A stretch of 64,000 nucleotides of DNA from Clostridia bacterium (lineage in GTDB: Bacteria; Bacillota; Clostridia; Christensenellales; UBA1242): assembly GCA_017467625.1 (NCBI GenBank), contig JAFUSN010000003.1, forward strand, positions 257,378 through 321,377, given 5' to 3'. A program made the position numbers and the translations under genes. This document shows positions 47,801-62,800 of this stretch, one piece after another. Within the stretch, counting starts at the first letter, position 1. Each line of letters begins with the position of its first letter. The notes below the pieces were generated by a model. That model saw only the letters and a list, made by a program, of their open reading frames with translations, was not told the origin of the DNA and made no database searches.

Positions 47801-50800
47801 ATTGAAGTGATGCATTTTCAGGATTTAATGTCCAACCATTAAAGATATAACCATATCTGTATGCAGATATGAATTCTGTATCTGCTATTGTATCGAACAC
47901 TATTTCTGAAATATTAGAATATGAAGGAATATCTGAATTTGCAGCAGTTGATCCAATTGGATTCTGTGTGCCGCCAAGATTTCTTTGCAATGTTCCAAAG
48001 TATAATCTTTCAGATCCTACATCAGAGTAATCATAAACAATTGAGTAAGTATTTGCTATCCATCCTGCATAAACAGTAAATGAAACATTTGTAGTATCAG
48101 ATTCATATTTTACTGGAGCATATACGGTTGAGAAGAATGTATCGTCAAACACATGAACATTATTTTCTCTACCCGCTGTTGAATTACCTGCGATAATTCT
48201 ATTATTTCCAGCCATATCATCAGTAATGAACCAACCTGTCCAAGTGTATCCATATCTATCAATTAAGATGTCATAAATTGTACCTGAACCATTTGCAATA
48301 TTCCACTCATTTGTATCGAACACAACATCAAGAGTAAATGATGATTGAAGTTTATCATATACACCATTTTCTTTAAATAATGGTGTGGTTGTTGTTCCAT
48401 TTTGCTTGTTACCATTGAATGTTACATGATATGTAATTGGAGCCCACACTGCATATGCAACGGTATAATGAACAAATATGTTACCATCATTTCTTCCTTC
48501 AAAATCACCGAATGCTTCTTGAACTGTGCAATCATTATTTGTAAAGATGAATACTTCAGTTCCGTCATCACTGTGAATATAATCATCTGAAATTACAAAT
48601 GTGGTTCCAGCGTAAAGAATTGAATTGTTCTTTGTAACATCATCTGTTCCAAATCTCCAACCAACAAATGTGTAACCATTTCTATGTAATTGAATAATAT
48701 CTTGAGTTGGAGTATCAAATGTTACTTTTTGACTTACATAAGTTGCATTTGAAAGTGTTGTTGCAACACTTGAGCCAACTCCATGTGATGAATTTACATC
48801 AGTATAGTCAAATTTAAGTAAATATTGATTTGCATTATAGTGAGCGTAAAGTGAGAATTTTCGAGATGTTTCATCTCTTTCATCCATTCTGTTGAACATT
48901 GAATATGACAAGTTTACAGCGATGCATTCAGTTGTATAAGATGAACCATATGTCATTAAATCCGATCTATGTCCATCAATAACTCTGTATTGCATACTTG
49001 ATTCATTTGCCCTTCTACCATACCAACCAGTCCATGTGTAACCGTATCTGTCAATAAGTAAATTATAAAGTCCATTATCTTCAAGTTTGTTTCCGTTTCC
49101 ATCAACTGAATACCAGTTGTTAGTATCAAAATAAACTCTAATTTCAATAAGCGAATCCAAATTCTCAATAGGATCATTTACATTTGTTACAACTTCAATC
49201 CAGTCAATACCATTAACTGTATAATATGGTGTTGTTGATCCAACAATGTTTCCACTTCTATTTGTTGAGTAAGCATAGAATTTATCAACTGTATATGTTT
49301 TTGCTGTCCACTTAGCATATAAAGTAATTTCAAAAGTTCTTGTATCTCTGTTCTCAACCCAATCACCAGTTGTAATATAACCATTGTTACTATTTCTCTG
49401 TGATACAGAATGTGTAAACTTACTATAGTATGAATAATCAAGTTTAACTAATGGATCAGTTGAATACATACCTAAAATGTTATTATATGTTCCCTCATAT
49501 TCATTGTAAGCAAGAACAACATGTTCACATGATGAGCTTGTATACCAACCACCAAAATAGTATCCAAATTTTTGAAGCAAAATGTAATAAAGTGCATCAC
49601 TAATCTTTTCACCTGATTTAGTTTCAAACCACCAATCATTATGATCAAAGGTTACATGTGCAACATAGTCAAAGTCATCACCCTCAAATTCAATAAATTG
49701 TTCTGAAAGTCTAAATCCATATTGCAAACTAGACTTATCCCCATCACCTGTCATATAAGCATTAATGTCATTTAAAGTTCCAATCAATGATGTCGTTGTT
49801 TCAATCTTGTCAGAAGTTCTTGATAAGTAAGTTGCAAATGTTGAACTTGGTTTATTATAAATTCCAGCTGTAAAGTTAGTATATGTTGAATTATTATAGC
49901 TGTAATTAATATTAAACTCAACAATATATTCATTTACATCCCAAATTGCAAATATTTGAGCAGTGTGTTTGGCAATATTATTAACAAGTCCATTTGTTGA
50001 AAGCGTGTAATTTGACTCTGTATCACCAAGTTTTTCAATTGTTCCAAGCCTATTGTAATTCGTATCACTCATTGCAACTTCAGCATAAAGTGTATCTTCA
50101 TAAAGGTAACTTTCTGAAGTTGATGCCGTTCCAGCAACATTCTTAATTGCAATTGAATCAGCATTCAAGACTAATTTATCACCATAAGCAAATGTGTAAT
50201 TTGAATTAAGACCAAATCTCCAGCCGGCAAAAGTATAACCAATTCTACTCAAGTATTCAGGATATTCATATTCTTTATCAAACACAAGTGTCATTGTGAC
50301 GTATCTATTTGTTAAATCACCTGCAACAGTAACACCATTAGCTGTAATTGATTCAATTGGTGATGTTGTAACATACGATCCATTATTAACACTGTTTTTG
50401 ATTGAGTTAACATCACTATAATAATAAGTGAGATTATATGTATTTGCTTGCCATCCAGCGCTAAGTTTAAATTTATGCGTTGAATATGTCTCAATAATAT
50501 CACCGTTAACCGTAAAGCTATTATCAACTAGGTTCCAAGTAATATCAGTTGCATCAACATTAACTGTATGATTGTAGTTTGTTGCCTCTTTAACGTTTGA
50601 TGTGTATTCAAATAATGTTAAGAATAATGAATAGTTAAATGGAATTAAATACTCTCTGTAATCGGTTGAAGCTGTTCCACTAATTACCATGAAATTATAA
50701 TAACGTTTCCAGAAATTAGTATCAGCAGCATTAAATGAATTTGAGTTATTAGCTGAAATATTAAATGCTGTACTTCTAGTAAACCAACCCATCCAGGTAT

Positions 50801-53800
50801 AACCAAATCTATCAATCAAAACTTGACTTAAATCAACATTTTGATTATCAACCATCCATTTTGTTGAATCAAATTCAATTTTAAGAATGTCATCATAATC
50901 ACTTGTTGCATCAGTATATGTTCCTGAAGAAATATCATAGAACCATGGATCTGTTGAACCACCAGCTGCCTTATTGCTGTTAAATGAAACATCATAAATA
51001 TTTGCTCTATAGAACGCATTAAGAGTAACTTCATATGTCTTAATTGCATCACCAAGAATTTCACGAGTATTGTTATTAGTTGTATATGCTGAATTCAAAT
51101 AATTGTCAGTATATTCAGCGCTTGTTACTGGTCCATCTTCAAACTTAATTGCGAAATAATCCAATCGAACCATTGTTTTCTTGGCCTCACTTCCCTGAAG
51201 TGTCTTAAAGTATGGTTCAGTTGTTTGTCCAATACTAAATCCAGTAAATGTATAACCAACTCTCTGGAATGCACCAGCATCAACATCTGTGCTATCAAAC
51301 AAAATTGTTGTAATCTTTGTTTTTGATTGATATGCAGGTGATGTTCCACCAGTTGTGCTATCCAAATCGCCAGCTGTTTTAACTGTTTTCTTTTTAAGCT
51401 CATTTGTGCTGTTTACATCATTTGATTCATAAACAACTTGATATGTGTTGGCAGCCCAACCTGCATAGAGTGTTAATGTATAATTCTTTGCACTCTTATT
51501 GGTTGTTACTGTTAAAAGTGTATCATAAATACTCTTATCAAATTTTGCATTATCAGAATCTTGAATATTTCTTGAATAACCAGAACTGTGTGTTTTTGAA
51601 TTTGCATCATTTGCCGTCAAAATCAACTTGCTATTTGATTTCATTGTTCCGTTGTAGAATGTTGTCGTTCCATTTGTTGCCGTTCTAGATGTTCTATTTT
51701 CATAGCCTCTAGTGTACCATCCAGTCCAAGTATAACCATATCTATCAACTTTAATAATATCTTTTAAGTGATCGCCAGCAACAGTTCTGTCTTCAATTCC
51801 ATCACCATTTCTGTCAATTACATATGTTGCGGATTCAAAGTCATAGTAAATTTCTTTATACCTCAAACTATAAATCTCTTCATAATCTGAAGTATATTCA
51901 TTTCTATCAAACATTACATACATATTGCAATATGCGTTTTCTGCATTATATGAACCATTTAATTCATTGATATAGAATGCATTTGTTGAACCAATTCCAT
52001 AGATACTTGAAGTATTGAAATCAGTAGCATCAAATGAAACTTGATAAATAATGCCTTGCCACTTTGCATATATTGTAAGTTCAAATGTTGAAGTTTTTCT
52101 GTTTTCAACCCAGTTTCCTTCTCCATCATTTCTTAAAATTGTATAACCAAATTCTCGATCATAAGTTGTTGCTAAATCTGATTCAAATGTTGTCAAACCA
52201 GCGTTTGTTGTTCCTTGATCAAATGTTCTAAATGTATATTGGTTAAACAATGTGTAATCAAGCACTCTCATAACTGGAGTTGTTCTTGAAGCAATTCTAT
52301 CATAATAGTAGTTATAGTCATTTTCATAACCATAATCAGTACCACTAGTCAAAAAGTCTGACTTAATTGTGCCATTATCATTAAACTCTTCCCAAGTATC
52401 AGCATTTGTATACCAACCAATCCAGAAGTAGTTTTCTTTTGTTAGAACTAAATCAAGTAGATTTGCTGAATCACCATCAACAACCCAGTTGTTTGTATCA
52501 AACACAACTTTAAGTTTAATGTTCAATAAACCATTATTATAAGTTGTTCCATTATAAACAGCATTTGTTGAATCAATTTCACTTGCATTAACATCAATAC
52601 TTACTGTATAAGTGTTAGCCTGCCATATTGCAAATAATATTACATTATGTTTTTGATTATTCTTTGCCATTGTATATGTAACAGCACTTCCATTTTCAAC
52701 AAATGTGTATCTTGAATCACTATCTCCAAGTCTTTCATATGTTCCGAGTATTGCTGAACTATCGTTTAGCATACTTTCATCAACATATAACAATCCATTC
52801 GTTGTTGATCCACTTGTTGAAATTCCTGCTTGTGCAATAGTCGTTGCATTGATAACCATCTTGGCACCATGTGCCATTGTTGAAGCTGAATTTAATCCAA
52901 ATCTCCATCCTGCGAATGTATATCCAACTCTCGTTAAATATTGTGGAGAATATTCAACATCAAACACAAATTCATAGTAGTCTCCACTGTTTGTTGCAAG
53001 TGGTGATGATGTTCCATTCAAATTCTTTAATGAAATTCCACTAGCATCGTGTGCTATTGACACTTCACTGGTCCAAACTGAATGTGCTACACCATCTTGA
53101 ACCCCTTTATATTTTGTGCTTGCATTCGTGCTATCGATTCCATTTGTTCCATAGTCATATGAAACTTTGTATGTATTTGCTTGCCATCCAGCAAATAAAT
53201 AAATTTCATGCTCATCTGCAAGATTTGTTGCACTGTTATATTTTTCAACAACCCTTCCAGTATATGTGTTTCCACTTACTGTAAGTGACTTCTTTCCAAT
53301 TGTAAAGCTATGATCTCCATTAAATGTAAAGCTATTAAAGTTATTTGCCTCACTTGGATTAATGCTTGTATATGTTCCTGTAAAGCTTCTTCCATTAGTT
53401 GTTGTTTCTTCCGAAATTGAAACCAATGTTTCTCCACTTACATTCACAATATCAAAGAACTTCTTAAACCTTGCATAATTGAATACTTGAACATTATCTA
53501 ATCCATTATTTGAAACTATAATGTATTTATAATAAAGCTCCCATAATGCATTGTTTTCATTTCCTGTAGATACAACATATCTATCAGTGTTATTAAGAAT
53601 TGTATTAAAGAATGTACTCTTTACATACCATCCCATCCATGTGTAGCCATATCTATCTACTCTAATATCATCAATCTCTTTGCCATCATTTGACTTCCAT
53701 TCATCTGTATCAAATTCAACCATGATTGTTGAATTATAAGTTGCATTTGTATATGATGATCCATCAACACTGAACCATGGTGTGGTTGAACCACCGGCAG

Positions 53801-56800
53801 ATATATTACTGTTAAAGTTTACATGATATACATTTGCCTTATAGAATGCATTAAGTGCAACTGCATAAGTTTGCAATCCATCACCAAGAACTTCATTCAC
53901 ACCTGTGTGTGTTGCATAACTATAGCTAGAATATAAGTAATTATTAGTTGTCTTTGCACTTGTCTCTGGGCCTCCTTCAAACTTGATTGCAAAATAATCA
54001 AGTCTTACTTTGGTGCTCTTCCATTCACTTGCTTTGCTGGACTTGAAGTAAGGTTCACTTGTCTGTCCTAAACTGTAACCTGTGAATGTATATCCAACTC
54101 TCTGGAATGCTGTTGCTTCAACATCTGCTCCATCAAATAACACTGAAAGTGCAAATCCTGTAACTTTATATGTTGGTGATGAACCACCATTTCCTGAATT
54201 ATCAAGGTTTGCTGTCTTTACTGTGTAATTCTTTAATGGGTTTGTGCTGTGAACATCATTTCCTTCATATGTGATTTGATATGTATTTGCTTCCCATCCG
54301 GCATACAACTTCATTTCAAATGTTCCAATGTTGTTGTTTCCTGTATGTGTCTTATTTGTTGTATAAGTTTGAAGTGTATTATACATTGTCAAATCAAACT
54401 TTCTATTAGATGTATTTACATATCTATATGCAGCAGTATCGTTGAAACCATAAACAGTTGATCTGTAAGTATTACTAAAGTTAGAAATTCTTGTCTTACC
54501 AGAAACATTTATTCCATCAACAACAAGCAAACTTCCACTCATTGAACCAACTTTAAATGCTGTTCCCGTTTCTGTTGATTGCCTTGTCGTCACATTTGCT
54601 GTTTCATAACCTCTTGTATACCAACCTGTCCATGTATATCCAAATCTATCAACCCTTACAAGATCTTCAAGATGTGTTCCATTTTCAGTTGAATATTTGC
54701 CATGATCACTCACATTCTTCAAAATTTCTTTGAAGTTTGATGTATAAAGATTTGTGTCAAACATTACATACATCGTTGTTGTTTCTGTTGATGTGTATGC
54801 ATCAAGTCCAACACCATTCAAATAATATGCCTCTGTTGAACCAATTCCTGAATTTCTGTTTGATTTAAGACTTAAATCAAAGTCAGTCTTTTCAAATGTG
54901 GTCTCGTAAATAATACCTTGCCACTTCGAGTAAATTGTAAGCTCAAATGTTGATGTTGATCTGTTTTCAACCCAGTTACCTTCACCATCTGAACTTAAAA
55001 TTGTGTAACCATATCTAGGTGAGTAATTTGTTACAAGTGAACTTTCAAATGCTTGAAGTTCTGTCTCAAGTGTAGTTGCTCTACCCATGGTTCTGAATGT
55101 AAATTGATTGAATAATGTATAGTCAATTGTTTCTGTATTTTGAACTCCTCGTCCTGCAACTTTATCCACATATTCATTATAACTATTCACATAGTCATAA
55201 TCTGTTTGTACTCCAGCTGCAAGATAATCTTGTCCCTCAACAGTTAGCATATTCGTATACCAACCAATCCACATATATCCAAACTTCTCAAGTAAAATAT
55301 TTGCAAGTTTTTTATCTGTTGAAGTTGGATAATACCAGTCATTTGTATCAAACACAACTCTTAATGTAAATGGAATTAAACCATTTTGGTATATATTTCC
55401 ACTTTGAATTCCACTGTAACTTGCCACTGTTGAATTCATAATACTACTATTGATATTTAAGTGAACTGTATATGTATTAACTTGCCACATTGCAAAGAAT
55501 ATTACAAAGTGGTTGTCAATATTGTTTCCAGACTCAGTATCACCAAGTGTTTCAACATCACCAAGGAATTCTGTTGCGTTATTAATATAACTCTTGTTCC
55601 TATAAAGATATGAGTCTGCAAACACTCCAGTTCCAGCAACATTAGAATTTCTAATTGTTGTAAGATTTAAAATCATCTTATTTCCTGCAGCAATCGTTGC
55701 AGTTGAATTTAAACCAGTTCTCCAACCAACAAATGTATAACCAATTCTTGTTAAGTATTCTGCATCATATTCAACATCAAACACAAATTCTGTATAATTA
55801 TGTGAATTAGTTTGAAGAGGTGACGATCCTAAAAGATTTTTAATTGAAATTCTTTCCGAATCGTGTGAAATTGATGAGCTCTTAATTACATTTGAATCAA
55901 TTCCATTTGTTCCATAATCATATGAAATTTTATATGTATTTGCTTGCCATCCAGCATATACCGTAATGCTTCCAAATTTGTTATTTGATGTTTCACCGGT
56001 TCCACCTTTGTAAACTTCGTTTCTTGAATCAAGACTGTTAGTTGCACTTGCCGCCCCACTACCTGAAGCATATGTAAAGCTTAAGTTATATGATGGTTCT
56101 GTATAGTTTGTTTTACAAATAAGTTCATAATCAAGTTTTGGAAGAATAATTGAATTCTTTGTTGCATATGTATGTCCATCAACAATTTGAAGTAATGTGT
56201 CAAGTGCATCCCAGTTAAATCCTGCAGCATTTTTATTAAAGAATTGATTTTGTGCAGTACCTGTTGCAGCCGTTGAAACATAGAAACCTTGCCATGTATA
56301 ACCATATCTATCAAGTAAAACATCTGAAAGTTTATAGATTGTTCCATTATAACTTAACTGCCACAGATTTGTATCATATGTAACAACAAGATATGTTGTT
56401 GATTCAGCAATAAAATATGATTCATCATTATATGCTGAAGTTTCATAGCTATAATACTCTGGAGTTGTTGAACCAACATTTTTATTGGTGTTAAGCACAA
56501 TGTTATATTTATTAGCTTTCCAAACAGCATAAAGTTTAATGTTTACACCGTTGTAGATTGAGTTATGAATTTGATCTTTAATTGAATTATAGAAATTGTA
56601 TCTGTAAACACCACTTGAATTTGAATCATATGAAACAAAATATGCTTTGTTTCCTGAAACTCCAAACCAATATGAGAAAAATCCTCTACCATAAAGTGTT
56701 GTTGATTCATTATATATGTCAGTTTCATTAGCTGAATTTCTCTCAATACTCCAACTATACGCATTTGACCATGCTGAAAGTCCATTTACAGATGCTGATG

Positions 56801-59800
56801 AATCAAATTCGTTGCCAGTTGCCCAACCCATGAATGTGTAACCAACCATTGAATATTTATTAGAATTAATTTCTGTTACTTGGTTAAAGTAGAAGTTTTG
56901 AGTAAGTTCACTTGTTTCAAGATTTGAAGCAGAAATTGTATTTCCGTTAATAACAATTGGGCTGGTTGCATTCTGTTTGTTGAACTTATATGTAACAGTC
57001 ATAAGTTTTGGAGATGAATAGAATTTAATATTGTTAGTTGCAAATGTATTTGTATCGGCCAAAACTTCAAATCTAAATGTTCCATATGTTGTTGTACTAT
57101 TTTCTCTTGAATATGTAATTGCAATTGAATTTGGAAGTGTCTTATCAGTTGAAACAGTGTAAGTATTTCCACTCTTTGAATATGTAAGATAATAATCTGT
57201 TCCAAGATAGTTTACTTTAGTTAAATCATAACCTTCAATTTCTGTGTAATAAATGTAATATCTATTACCAAAGAACGAATCTGCAATTCTTCCCAATCTT
57301 TCTTTATATGTAATTGAAGAAAGAATTGCATCTCTATTCGCTTTTGTGTAATCAATTTTGATATTTGAAAGTGTTTGACCATTAAACCATGATTGATTTG
57401 CAAGTGGGTCAAGCCTTGCATGACTATCATTAGTATCAATTACACCACCGTTAACAACATAGAAATACGAATCAATGTTAACTTTTGTGCTTACTTCATC
57501 AACTCTAACTTTTGCAAAAGTATAACCATTAAATGTTGTATGTTCATTTGCAGATGTTGAATAAAGTTTTCTTAAGTCTTCAATATAAATTTCTTTATAT
57601 TTAGAACTTGCACTAACTGCGCCATCAACAGTTGTATCTGCACTGTTAACTTTATAAATTGAATTTGCATTATATTGATAACTGCTATTATCAATGTGAC
57701 CTTCATGTGGAACAGTTGCTTTATTCGTAAGCGTAAATCCAGTCATTCGATATGAATATGCATTATCAATAGTTCTAAATGTAATTCCATTATTATCAAA
57801 AATCTTTGCTTTTCCAATAAAGATAAGTTCTACATAATATGTTGAATCAAACTTGCCAGTTCTAAACTCAGTCACTTGAGCTTTAGACTCTGCATATGAA
57901 AGATATGAACCAGTATTGTTCTTTAAATATTCAACTGGCTTGTATCCAATATAGAAATTAAGTGCAAAGTTATTTATGTTATTATCAGTGTTATTTCCTG
58001 TATATGACAATAAAATATTTTTCCAGTTGCCTGCCTCAAATCTGAATGAAATGTAGCTTTCAGCAACCGCTGTGATTCTTACATTTCCATAAATACCAAA
58101 TACTCTAACAGTAATATATCCTGTTGTCTCATCATATTTATATGAGATGAAATCTTTGTTATGGAATGTATAAATCCAATCACTTCCACTATAACCATTA
58201 TTACTATAAGTAAATATGTATGAGTAATTACTATTTGCAAGTTTGGATGAAATATCATCACGAGTTATAGTGAATGTTCCCTTTCCGTAGTTAACGGTAA
58301 GGGTCTTTATTATGTAGCCACTATGTGGTCTAATTACATAAGTGTTAACATCTGATGGACTAACACCAGTTTGATTCATTGAATCATTGTAATCAATTGT
58401 TGCACCAACTGTAGCTGTTGACTTATAAAGATCATTTGCTCCATTTGCCACACTTGAAGAGAATTGAATTGCGTTTTTAATGTCGGTAAAGTCAGCAACA
58501 ACTTTAAGCCCATCATTTTCCCTTCTTGTGTCATCAAATAAAATGTATGCGTAATAATCTTCAGTATTTACTGTATAGTGGCATAAATATAGAACTGCGT
58601 AATTTGTTGTTTCAACAGTTGATTTTGAACTTGATGTTGAAGTTGTTTGCAATTCATATGCTGAAATATAAGGAAGTGTGTATGCTTTTTCAACAACATA
58701 AGTTATTCCATCAACATTAATTGTAAATGAACCATAAACAGGTGTCTTACTTGCAACAATGGTTCCTGAACTATTTTTAACAACGAAATTAGTGAAATCA
58801 ATCTCGTAATTTGTTGCAGTATCAGTTCTGTATTCAAGGGTGTAATAAGTTGTGCGTGAACCTTTCGTGAATGTCAACTTGCTTAAATATGAATCAACAT
58901 AATTCAAATATGAATGAGCCGTATCATTTGTTTTATTGTTTCTAAAGTAAGTGTAATCAACATTATTAACATTTGGATAGAACACTACATATTGTGTGTT
59001 ACCATACATTGTTCCAGATGTTTTTGGTTGTGTCGCAACTTGATGGTCCAATGTTCCAGATGTTGTTGTTCCCTTTTCAACATAACCTTGTGAAGTTGCA
59101 TGACCTGTTGTTGAATAATCTAATGAATCATAAGTAATTGTTGAAACATTTAATGTCATTGCAAAATCTTTATACACATTAGCAACTTTAATCATGTATC
59201 TATATTCACGAGTTGTATCGTTGAAATACCACTCATAACTATAAACATTTTGAACTGAACCGTTGTTTGTAATAGTTATATCACTTCTATCAAGTTTATA
59301 GCCTTCTCTAAGGTAAATAAATAATGTTAAGTCATTGTTTTGAAGTGTTTTAACTGTAAATGTTTCATTATTATTATAACCAAATCCAACATAAAGAGGA
59401 TTGGTTGATGATGCAATTCTTGTCCAATATTTTCCAAAGTTTGCATCGTTTACATAAGGTCTTAAACCTTGTGAATCTAAGTAATATGTTGCTGCAGAAT
59501 TATAAGCGTCACCATCTTTAACTTTAACAATTTCAGATGCAGATTTTCTTACATAGAGAACATTATCCCTTGTTGCAACTCCATAAACCCAATAACTATC
59601 AAAGCTTGTTCCAGTATATTTGGTTAGACCTTCAGCATCAACATAATAAGTTAATGATGAATCATATCTATCACCCGTTGCAACCTTAGAAATTGCAGCA
59701 AGATGCATAACTCTTCTGCCTGTTTCTCCATCATTTCCTTTAAATTTATTTGCGACATCAGTATTATTTTGAGTTGCATTATTTGAATAAACAAACAAAC

Positions 59801-62800
59801 TTGGAGTGTAGAAATTGGTTAATGTTGAACCAATATACTCATTAAATCTTGAATTTACTTCATAATAGATTCCTTTATAATTGATTCTATCAGCATAAAT
59901 AATTGAATTTGTGTTAATAGTATCAGCGTAATCAAGATTATTTTGTAAATTATTAACTCTAATATTTTCAATTCCACTAACCGGACTATTAGTTTGTTCA
60001 ATTCCATCAGTTGTGTAATAAACTGAGCCATAATCACCATTAATGGTTATATTTGCTGTATATTCAACCATCTCATAAACAGCATAAACATAAATATCGT
60101 GGTAAGCATGAGTAAATCTAAATTTAGTCATTCCATTTTCATCATAATAATAGAACTGAGATGAAGCTTGTTTTTCACTTCCATCAAAATCTGTATATGA
60201 ATATATAAATTCATGATAGTTCTGTGTTCCATTATATTTGTCAAAATATCTACCATCTTTATAGTACTGATCATTTACGATATATGCGTGATCTTGGTCA
60301 ACATAAACATACCAACCAATAAATTTATACCATGATGGAACTAAAACATTCTTTTCATTGTTATCATCAATTCTTGATTCAAATGGATTCCATTCCCAAA
60401 CAATATCGCTTGCATATCTAGTTTTGATGAGATCAGTCTTATTTTCAGTTGTTGAATAGAACACATAGTTTGATCCAGGAAGAGTTGTTCTTCCATCAGG
60501 TGCAACAAAGAAATGTCCTTGGTCAACGTTTGAACTATTATAAATTGTTGTTGGGTTTGTTTCGCTCTCATAGAATGTTGCATAGTAAATTTCCTTTACA
60601 TCATAAGCAAAGAAGTATTCATCACCAGCATATCTCTTATAGAATGTTGAGTTTGCATAAACAAACTTATCAGATGAGAACATATCATTATTGATATAAT
60701 CTTCATCAACATCGTCTTCACTTGTGTAATATTCCTCAATATTAATATATGGAACATCAGATTTCAAAGGATTATTATATGAACTTGCATTATCAATTCT
60801 AAGAGCAGCATTTGAATATGTTGGATCATACCAGTAACTGTAATTTGATGCACTAAGGTTTTTATCATTATAATTTCCACTAGCATAATTTGCATAATTT
60901 GCAGTTGAATACCAATCGCTAACATTTTCATTTCTATCAGGATTTGCATCTGTTGCTTCGCTCAAATTATCATAGTTGTAATACCATCTAAACCATGTAT
61001 AGAAATCATAGTGAAGTGGAATTCGGCTTTCGTCAACAATTTCACCGGCTATTACAAATTGTCTATCATAAGTAAGTTCAATATAGTTAACTGACTTACC
61101 TGGCAAAATGTATTCTGCATAGTTAGTAAATCCATTATTGTTAATTGAGTTAACAACATTTTCATTATCATTGCTACCAACTGCATAGTAGAAGTAAGCT
61201 TTATATGTTTTTGCTGTCCATTTTGCATAAAGGTTAACAATATGATCACTATCAGTATGACTTACATATCCAATAGCACCAGCTGTTGCGCTTGTCATAA
61301 AATGCGCTGTAGTTTGATAATCTGCATTACCATTATCAATAAGTTTTTGACAATCTGCAGGGATTGCATTTGCGGCCAAAAGTTGTGTGTAAAGCGTAAA
61401 GTTAAATGTTGGTTGCGCTGCAATATTTCTTGTATCTACCCTATCAACACCTGAAATAATTCGAAGTAAATTGTTTGCGGTTGAAATGAACCAACCATTC
61501 CATGTATAACCATACCTTTGAACAAGTGTAAGATCAAGATTAATCCAATCATTTGTATCATAAACAACAGTCACTGTATAAACTTGTGATGAACTGTAAT
61601 ATGCGGTTCCGTTAAAGAACCTTGCAGGTGTTTTTTCTGTTGTTGTATTAAAATTAAATGTAATTGAATAAGTTTCCGCTCTCCATCTTGCATACAAAGT
61701 TACATTTCCACTTAAAATTTGTTGCTTTAATATTGAATAATAAGTAGATGCACTTGCAGAATTTCTCTTACTCATATCAAATGAAGCAAGGTTATTAAAG
61801 CGAACTACACTATCAGCTGTATTTTCCCATCCTGTTACATGTGACCAACCAATGAATGTATAGCCAATAATATAGAATGGATAGAAGTCTAATCTGTTAG
61901 TATAAGTGAATAATCTATATGTTTCACTTGATGTGTTAACATTTGAATAAATAACAATGTCTCCTGTTGGTGCATCTGGATCAACTTGTTTATAAATTGT
62001 TCCATTTGTAGCAGTTCCATTATATGCATTTGTTAAATCACTATAGTCATAAATTTGGTTGTAAACAACCTTTTGGGTTAAATTACCATTCTGTGAAACA
62101 TTTGTATATGTTGTTCTGTTTGAAACAGAAACTGAATATGGATTTACAACAGGGTTTGAAATTGTATTAATTGTAAGAGGACTGGTTGAATTACCCTTAT
62201 TTGAGTTGTATGTAACTGTAAAGATATTAGGAGTTGAATAGAATTCAACAACTAAACCAGCTGTAAGGTATGCTAAAATGTCCCCATTAAATTCAAACGA
62301 ATAGCTTCCATCATTAGTTGTATATGATGCAGTGATTGTGTTGAGTTCATCATTATTGTTTGCAAATGTATAAATTCCAGAATTTGCAGATATTGTTTTT
62401 CCTGAACGTGTATAGTAATCAACAAATTGAACTGATCCATTGCTAATTGTTGCAATAATATCAATATAATGTCCATCGTTCGCATATTTTCCTGTAGTAA
62501 TTAACCTATTATTGATATATCCATAAATTCTAAGTGTTGAAAGCGTGTAACCATCAATCTTATTATAGTTAAACACGAGTTTATTACCATAATATGTGAT
62601 AATTTCCCTTCCATTATAAACATAGTTACTATCAACAGTTGCTTTTGTTAATCCACTATATGCTGAATAGTCAACATTAATATCAGAAAGAACTTGATTA
62701 TTAAACCATGTATTAGTTGAATATGGATCAAGTCTTGAACCCATCAAATTGCCATTTACATCAATTACATTTAAGTATGAATTGAATTCACTTGTGTTTG

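Noticed and set aside
42204-55955. Periodic repeats that might suggest a CRISPR array or satellite.
   Set aside because: Periods are 1.8-2.8 kb, the repeats are diverged (about 75% nt identity at best in a spot check) and lie in one continuous reading frame. There are no 25-40-nt direct repeats with unique spacers anywhere in the window.
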